A stretch of DNA of 64,000 bases from Christensenellales bacterium (GTDB lineage: Bacteria; Bacillota; Clostridia; Christensenellales; JBMNTT01): positions 47,133 through 111,132 of the forward strand of contig JBMNTT010000003.1 in assembly GCA_050945875.1 (NCBI GenBank). Reading direction: 5' to 3'. Both the position numbers and the translations under genes were made by a program. The notes beneath the pieces are model-generated. The model had not been told where the DNA came from. It worked only from the letters and a program-made list of their open reading frames with translations, and did not search any database. Of the stretch, positions 55,422 through 64,000 are shown piece after piece (positions within the stretch are counted from its first letter, which is position 1; the number at the start of each line of letters is the position of its first letter).

Positions 55422-57234
55422 CGTCTCTCCTTTCGGCGGCATCCGTTGTCTCCCGCAGCTGCTGGGTCAAATCGCGGATCTGGGCAACGATACGCAGGGT
55501 GTCCGCATCGGCTTGAAACTGAGCGCCCAGCTGCTGTTTCAGCGCATCGATATGCCGTTGCAGCCAGTACACCCGGATCGTCCGAATACAATCCTCCATC
55601 ATTTGGAGGCTGTCAAAGCCATCCCAGTCCGTCTGTTTCTCCAGGATCGCCGCGACGCGGCGGGCCTGCTGGGCATCGGGAAATTCGTTGAGCAACTCCG
55701 CCGGACTGGGCCAACCCTCCCGGGAGAGTCGTTCGTGCAACGCCTTGGCCAGCTCGGCGTGCAACGGCTCCACAAATTGGTCGGGTTCCATGCGCTCGAA
55801 AACCTGCTCGGCCATCTCCCGACCGGAAGCGGCATAGCTGAGCAGCTGGGTCTCCGCATTGATATGCTGCGGAGAGAGGGGTTGTATGGTGACAGGGCGC
55901 GCCCGTTTGGCCGGGCGCGCGCCCGAAGGGGCCTGTGGCGCGGGGCCGCTCATGCCCACCTGGCTCTTGAGCGTCTCCAGGGAGTACCCGGTCTGCACGC
56001 TCAGCGGTTTGAGGTAGCGTTCCTGCTCAATGGGGCTTTTGAGCTGGGCAATGACCCGGGCCGCCTCGGTGGCGTAGTCTGCTCGCCCCTTGTCCTGAGA
56101 CAGATTGAACTGGCTCTGTAGGCTCTTGATTTTGAAGGCCGTCAACTCCAGCGCGTCCTGGAGCGCCAACTCCATGGCCGGCGCGCCCCGCTTGCGGATG
56201 AACTCGTCAGGGTCCATCCCATCGGGGAATTGAGCCACCCGAACATTCAAGCCCTGCTCGGCCAGGATGTCCAGACCCCGCAGGGTAGCCTTCTGCCCCG
56301 CGCTGTCGCCATCATAGGCCAGGATGACCTCCCCGGCATAGCGCTTGATGAGCTTGGCCTGCTCCGGGGTCAGCGCGGTGCCCAGGGAGGCCACCGCCTC
56401 GTCAAAGCCGAAGCGATGCAGGCTGATGACGTCCATGTACCCCTCCATCACCAGGATACGGCTGAGGGGGCGCTTCTTGCTGACCAGGTTGAGACCGTAG
56501 AGGTTCCAGCGCTTGTTGAACACCGGCGTGTCCGGGGAGTTGAGGTACTTGGGCTGGCTGCCGTCCATCACCCGGCCGCCAAAGCCGATCACCCGGCCAC
56601 GCGGGTCGATGATGGGAAACATCACCCGGTTGCGGAAGGCGTCGTAGGGATGATCCCGCTTGCCCTGGATCGCCAGACCGGCCTGAACCAACTCAGCCTC
56701 CTGCACCTGCGCAGCGGCCATATGGCGGATGAGCGCATCCCAGCTGTCGGGGGCAAAGCCCAGGCCGAAGCGGGTGATCATCGCTCCGGACAGACCGCGT
56801 CCGTCCAGGTAGTCGCGGGCCGCCCGGCCCAGGGGGCCGTTCAGGGTGTCATGGAAAAAACGGGCCGCCAGTCGGTTGATCTCATAGAGCCGGTTGCGCT
56901 GGCGGGTCTCCCGGTCGACATCCGCCTGGGGACGGCTGTCGGGCAGGGTCAGGTGCGCCCGCTCGGCCAACTGCTTGACGGCCTCGACGAAATCCAGGCG
57001 CTCCATGTGCATCAGGAAGTGGATGACGTTGCCACCGGCGTGGCAGCCGAAGCAGTAGTACATCTGCTTGTCGGCGTTGACGCTGAAGGACGGGGTCTTC
57101 TCCTGGTGAAAAGGGCAACAGCCCCAATAGTTCTGCCCCTTCTGCTTTAGGGGCACGTAACCGGAGACCACCTCGACAATGCTGTTGCGGCTGCGAACCT
57201 CTTCCAGAAAATCCTCCGAAAAAAAGCCCGCCAT
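55405..57234 (-). CDS. dnaG: DNA primase
   Basis: It has a zinc finger ([30 protein letters not shown]) and a TOPRIM domain (EGYMDVISL). Confidence 0.95.
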
Positions 57235-57427
57235 GGCATCCCCCTCTGTCCTCGTGTTCCCAGTTGCGTCGTGATGATTCGTTCAGGTGTATGATTCGCT
57301 CATTTCCTCGTCATTTCCTGCTTAAATGACACTTTTCCTCCACAATGCGCGCTTTTGCAGGGACAAGGTAATTTGATTCGACACCCCGACGGCAAATCCT
57401 CTTTGGAATAATCAAATCCTCCGCAGT

Positions 57428-58426
57428 CTAGTATTGCCAGGAATCGGGCAAAAACAACTCCTGATAGGTATGGATGGCAAAGCGGTCGGTCATACCGGCG
57501 ATGTAATCCACCACCGCCCGCTCCACGCCGAAACGCGCCACCGCGTCCATCTGATCCTCGGGCATGGCTCGGGGATGCTCCAGATAGTAGGCGAACATCT
57601 CCTGGAGCATGCGCACGGCCTTTCCTTCCTCGCGCTTGGCCGCCGAGTCAAAATAGATATGCTTGAACATGTACTGCCGCAGGTCAGTCATGGCCTGGGC
57701 AACCTCGGGGCTCATGATGATCTCGGGCTTCTCCCAGGAGGAGCGCACCACGTCCCGAATGACAGTGTCAATGCGCTTGCCGTGGCTGTCGCCGAGAATA
57801 TCCAAGGCGCCCTGCGGCAGCTGGTCGTCGCGCAGGATGCCTGCGCGGATGGCGTCGTCAATGTCGTGGTTGATATAGGCGATGCGGTCGGCCAGATGCA
57901 CCACCTGCCCCTCCAGGGTGCTGGGGGCGACCTCGCCGCTGTGGTGGGCGATCCCGTCGCGCACCTCCCAGGTCAGATTGAGACCCTGGTCGTTTTCCAG
58001 AACCTCCACCACCCGCTGGGAGTGCAGGTTGTGGGCAAAACCCATGCTGGCCACCTGGTTGAGCGCCCGCTCCCCCGCGTGGCCAAAGGGCGTGTGGCCC
58101 AGGTCATGGCCCAGGCCGATGGCCTCGGTCAGGTCCTCATTGAGCCGCAGAGACCGGGCGATGGTGCGGGCAATCTGGGTGACCTCCAGGGTGTGGGTCA
58201 GCCGGGTGCGGTAGTGGTCGCCCTCGGGGGCCAGGAACATCTGGGTTTTGTGCTTGAGGCGACGAAAGCTCTTGCAGTGCAGGATACGATCCCGGTCGCG
58301 CTGGTAGTCGGTGCGCAGCGGGCAGGGCGTGATGGGGTGATCCCGGCCACGGGTGTCCACGCTGTGCGCCGCCCAGGGCATGAGCAGCTGGGCCTCCTGC
58401 TGCTGTTGGAATTCTCGCACTTGCAC
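57428..58426 (-). CDS. dGTPase-like HD-domain phosphohydrolase
   Basis: It contains RTRLTHTLEVTQIARTIAR...GHDLGHTPFGH. Confidence 0.85.
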   Translation of the reverse strand: MQVREFQQQQEAQLLMPWAAHSVDTRGRDHPITPCPLRTDYQRDRDRILHCKSFRRLKHKTQMFLAPEGDHYRTRLTHTLEVTQIARTIARSLRLNEDLTEAIGLGHDLGHTPFGHAGERALNQVASMGFAHNLHSQRVVEVLENDQGLNLTWEVRDGIAHHSGEVAPSTLEGQVVHLADRIAYINHDIDDAIRAGILRDDQLPQGALDILGDSHGKRIDTVIRDVVRSSWEKPEIIMSPEVAQAMTDLRQYMFKHIYFDSAAKREEGKAVRMLQEMFAYYLEHPRAMPEDQMDAVARFGVERAVVDYIAGMTDRFAIHTYQELFLPDSWQY

Positions 58427-58538
58427 CTTGGATTCCCCCTTTTCCCGAAAATCCTAAGAATAGATACCACAGGGTGTGCAAAAAATCCTCTTTTTGCCCG
58501 CGAACCCGGGTAAAATTCCCCACCGAGGCCCCAAAACA

Positions 58539-58572
58539 TAAAAAGCCAGGGATCCCAATCGGAATCCCTGGC
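58539..58572 (-). terminator. intrinsic terminator after ppdK
   Basis: The hairpin GCCAGGGAU-loop-AUCCCUGGC is followed by UUUUUAUGUUUU on the minus strand. Confidence 0.8.
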
Positions 58573-58588
58573 TGTAAGAACAAGGGGT

Positions 58589-61222
<2,634 letters not shown>

Positions 61223-61318
61223 TTGTATTCCTCCTTGTCATTGCTAACACATTCAAAGCTGCCTTCAGCTTGCTGACAGGGTTTGCGCCCGCAGCCAGGG
61301 GGCCGCAGGGCTTTTCAT

Positions 61319-61347
61319 AGTATAGTATAAATAGGGTGAAAAGGCAA
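61319..61347 (-). promoter_or_regulatory. ppdK promoter (TTGCCT-17-TATACT)
   Basis: Hexamers were read on the minus strand. Confidence 0.45.
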
Positions 61348-61358
61348 GGTGATTTTTG

Positions 61359-62117
61359 CTAAAACTCAGGTGAATTCAGGGTTTGCTGGCGTAAAATCAT
61401 CTCCAGCGATTTGAACGATCGGCCCATCTGCGCGTCCAGATAGGCGGTCATCATGGTGAAAAGGCGGCGCGCCATGGGCTGATCCAACCGCCAGGACGCG
61501 GGTTGGGTCAAATCCGCCCTCAGGATGTCGGTGAGCACCTCCAGCAGATCCCCCGGCAGCGGCCGCCCATCCCCCGCCCGCGCTCGGCAGTCGGCGCACA
61601 CCCGGCCCCCTGCCTGCACGCTAAAATAGCCCGCGTCCGGCCGGCCGCAAAACACGCAGCCACCCAGCTCGGGTTGGACACCCAGAATCCGCCATAGTCG
61701 CAACAGGAACACGCCGGTCACGCCCTCGGGCTCCCCCTGGCCATAGCACAGGGCCCCAAGTCCCCGCAACAGCAACGCAAAAAGCTCCCGACTGTTCTGG
61801 TCGGGATGGGCGGCGTATTCCGCCAGGTTGAGCATCAGGCTGCCATGGTTGAGCCGTTCCAGGTCGCCGTGCAGGCCGAAGAAGCTCTCCCGCACCACGC
61901 ACTGGGTCAGCCCGTAGCGCTCCCCCTTCTGGTAGAGGGCGTACTCCCCCCAGCAAAAGGGCTGGGTCGCCGCCAGCAGCTTGCTCTTGGGCCGCCGACA
62001 GCCCTTGGCCGACACCGTCAGAGCGCCCTGGGCCGGTGTCAGCAGGGTGAGCATCCGATCCACCTCGCCGTAGGCCGCCTGGCGCAGCACAATCCCCGGC
62101 GTCTGTATCTGCGGCAT
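61359..62117 (-). CDS. recO: DNA repair protein RecO
   Basis: The 252-aa protein starts MPQIQTPGIVLRQAAYGEVDRMLTLLT and has a zinc motif (CVFCGR...CADC). It follows era-yqzL. Confidence 0.88.
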   Translation of the reverse strand: MPQIQTPGIVLRQAAYGEVDRMLTLLTPAQGALTVSAKGCRRPKSKLLAATQPFCWGEYALYQKGERYGLTQCVVRESFFGLHGDLERLNHGSLMLNLAEYAAHPDQNSRELFALLLRGLGALCYGQGEPEGVTGVFLLRLWRILGVQPELGGCVFCGRPDAGYFSVQAGGRVCADCRARAGDGRPLPGDLLEVLTDILRADLTQPASWRLDQPMARRLFTMMTAYLDAQMGRSFKSLEMILRQQTLNSPEF

Positions 62118-62138
62118 GCGCTCCCCCCTATAATTTAA

Positions 62139-62258
62139 TTATCCCCGGGGACGCCAGACCGACCGCACCGCGCGGTAGAGCAGGTAGCTGCCCACCTGAC
62201 CGGTTTTGGCAAACGTCTCCCAGGCCACATTGGCCACATCCCGCCGTTTTTTACGCAT
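62139..62258 (-). CDS. YqzL-like small protein (39 aa)
   Basis: My own translation gives MRKKRRDVANVAWETFAKTGQVGSYLLYRAVRSVWRPRG. A GGAGGG RBS lies 7 nt upstream. It is located between era and recO, as yqzL is in Bacillus. It falls below the length cut-off of the ORF track. Confidence 0.65.
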   Translation of the reverse strand: MRKKRRDVANVAWETFAKTGQVGSYLLYRAVRSVWRPRG

Positions 62259-62301
62259 TCTGCATCCCTCCTGCCGCTAGCCTGGCCGGAACGATCCAGA
62301 A

Positions 62302-63213
62302 TTATTCATCCTCATCGATGTAGCCCAAGGATCGAACCTGACCGGCGTTGTCCCGCCAGCCTGGGCTGACTTTGACCCACAGATCTAGGTACACCGGCTC
62401 GCCCAGCAGCGCCTCCAGGTCGGCCCGGGCCAGGGAGCCGATCTTTTTAAGCATCGCCCCGTTTTTGCCGATAATGATGCCCTTATGGGTCTCCCGCTCG
62501 CAGTAGATGCACGCGCTGACGACCATCTTGCCCTGAGCTCCCGGCCGCATACGGGTGACATCCACCCCGACGCCATGGGGCACCTCGTCGCACAGCAGGG
62601 TCAACGCCTTTTCGCGGATGGCCTCGGCGGCCATGCGGTACTCGGGCTGGTCGGTCATCATGTCCTCGGGGTAATACTGAGGCCCTTCGGGCAGCAGCTC
62701 CCGCAGGATGGCCTCCAGCTTGGATAAATTCTCCCCGGTGCGCGCCGACACCGGCAGCACCTCCCGGGTGTTCTCCGGCAGCATCGGAGCCAACTTGGCC
62801 AGTTGGTCGCCCAGCTGGGCATGGCTGAGCGCGTCGGTCTTGTTGACCGCCACCACCACCGGCGCGCCGCAGCGCCCGGCGACCTGGAGCATGCGCGCGT
62901 CCCCCGGCCCGACGCCCGCTGCTGCGTCCACCACCACCAGGGCGGCGTCCACATCCTGCAGGCTGCCTTGAGCCGAGGCCACCATCATGCGGCTGAGCTG
63001 GTTCTTGGGGGTGTGCATCCCCGGGGTGTCGATGAACACCATCTGGTAGGCCGGTCGGGTCAGTACCCCGCGGATGCGAAAGCGCGTGGTCTGAGGCCTG
63101 TCGGCGACGATGGCGACCTTCTCACCGATCAGGGCGTTCATCAGGGTGGACTTGCCCACGTTGGTGCGCCCAACGATGGCGATGAATCCGGAGCGATAGA
63201 CAGACTGCGTCAA
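62302..63213 (-). CDS. era: GTPase Era
   Basis: It contains SGFIAIVGRTNVGKSTLMNAL, DTPG, NKTD and a KH domain. There is no in-frame ATG near the conserved N-terminus. A TTG at 63213 has a GGAAGGAG RBS and overlaps the cdd stop codon (TTGA). Confidence 0.88.
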   Translation of the reverse strand: MTQSVYRSGFIAIVGRTNVGKSTLMNALIGEKVAIVADRPQTTRFRIRGVLTRPAYQMVFIDTPGMHTPKNQLSRMMVASAQGSLQDVDAALVVVDAAAGVGPGDARMLQVAGRCGAPVVVAVNKTDALSHAQLGDQLAKLAPMLPENTREVLPVSARTGENLSKLEAILRELLPEGPQYYPEDMMTDQPEYRMAAEAIREKALTLLCDEVPHGVGVDVTRMRPGAQGKMVVSACIYCERETHKGIIIGKNGAMLKKIGSLARADLEALLGEPVYLDLWVKVSPGWRDNAGQVRSLGYIDEDE

Positions 63214-63626
63214 GGCTGTTCTCCTTCCATGGCCGCCGCGCAAAACGCGCCCGGCAGCAGGGTCTCCAGGCTGTACTCCCGCCACGTTCCCTCGCGGTTG
63301 GCGCAGATCACCCGCAGGTTGGGCGCGAACTCACTGAGCATCTGGCGGCACACCCCGCAGGGCAGGGTGAAATCCGCGCTGTCCGAGGCGATGGCGATGA
63401 CGGCAAAACGGCGCGCGCCCGCGGCCACCGCTGCGAGCAGCGCCCCCTGCTCGGCGCAGCGGGTGGCTGGGTAGGCCGCGTTCTCCACATTGCAGCCGGT
63501 GAAAACGCGCCCATCCTCAGCCACCAGACAGGCCCCCACCCGGAAATGGGAGTAGGGCGCGTAGGCCCGCTCCCGGGCCTCCAGGGCGGTCTGCACATAG
63601 TCGGTCACCGCGTCTGTCCGATACAT
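63210..63626 (-). CDS. cdd: cytidine deaminase
   Basis: The zinc motifs are CAEQGAL and LPCGVCRQ. The protein is 138 aa long. Confidence 0.9.
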   Translation of the reverse strand: MYRTDAVTDYVQTALEARERAYAPYSHFRVGACLVAEDGRVFTGCNVENAAYPATRCAEQGALLAAVAAGARRFAVIAIASDSADFTLPCGVCRQMLSEFAPNLRVICANREGTWREYSLETLLPGAFCAAAMEGEQP

Positions 63627-64000
63627 GCGAGCACCTCCTCCTGTTTGGCGAACATCCGCCCCTCCTGCTCGGGGGTCATGTGGTCGTAGCCCAGCAGGTG
63701 CAGCATGCCGTGCACCAGCAGGAAAGCCGCCTCCCGCAGCAGGCTGTGCCCATAGCGCTCGGCCTGGTCGGCCACATGCTCCAGGGCGATGACGATGTCC
63801 CCCAGGGCCAGCGCGCCGGTGTCCGGGTCGCGCTCGGCGGGCTCGATCCGCGCTCCGCCAGGGCAGACATAGTCCTGCAGGGGGAAGCTTAGCACATCGG
63901 TGGCCCGGTCGACGCCACGGAACTGGCGGTTGAGCTGCTGAATATGGGCGTCGTCCGTGACCGTCAAGCAGACCTGGGCGTCCTCCTCCAGACCGCAGCG
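63605..64000 (-). CDS. ybeY: rRNA maturation RNase YbeY, C-terminal part (5' end beyond the window edge)
   Basis: It contains ...TDVLSFPL... and HGMLHLLGYDH. The reading frame stays open to position 64000. Confidence 0.85.
   Translation of the reverse strand, partial: RCGLEEDAQVCLTVTDDAHIQQLNRQFRGVDRATDVLSFPLQDYVCPGGARIEPAERDPDTGALALGDIVIALEHVADQAERYGHSLLREAAFLLVHGMLHLLGYDHMTPEQEGRMFAKQEEVLACIGQTR

Overview
The window is visibly GC-rich (third codon positions are mostly G/C) and looks like chromosomal core of a spore-forming Firmicute, probably a high-GC Clostridia member. That assignment is inferred from spoIIE and from Bacillus-like gene orders: ybeY-cdd-era-yqzL-recO, dnaG-sigA-trmK-nif3, tilS-hpt-ftsH, and purR-glmU...pth. 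About 60 protein genes are packed tightly, and from 14.8 kb onward almost all are on the minus strand. I can support two structured RNAs: a SAM-I riboswitch in front of an NhaC-family (MetT-like) transporter, and RNase P RNA. I found no rRNA, tRNA, CRISPR array, transposase, integrase, phage gene or recognisable defence or toxin system.

The best candidate for something new is a LacI-controlled operon at 7.1-11.6 kb. A GH51 arabinofuranosidase, interrupted by one in-frame amber codon, is translationally coupled to an unusually short (688 aa) glycyl-radical enzyme of the Cys-x-Glu 1,2-eliminase type and its radical-SAM activase. I could not assign a function to this enzyme.

Other points worth a second look:
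- A ~280-nt leader with a strong intrinsic terminator sits in front of a CNNM/CorC transporter. It may be a riboswitch or attenuator, but I do not recognise its class.
- The glmU gene has an intact acetyltransferase half but a degenerate and shortened uridyltransferase half.
- A divergent prs is fused into an operon with a sugar-phosphate isomerase-like TIM barrel and a Gfo/Idh/MocA oxidoreductase.
- A membrane-protein gene is broken by three same-direction frameshifts.
- A ~445-bp GC-rich gap has no convincing gene.

Many long antisense ORFs in the supplied track are artefacts of GC-rich sequence and are not called. All family assignments come from reading the translations and from remembered motifs. 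No database search was run.
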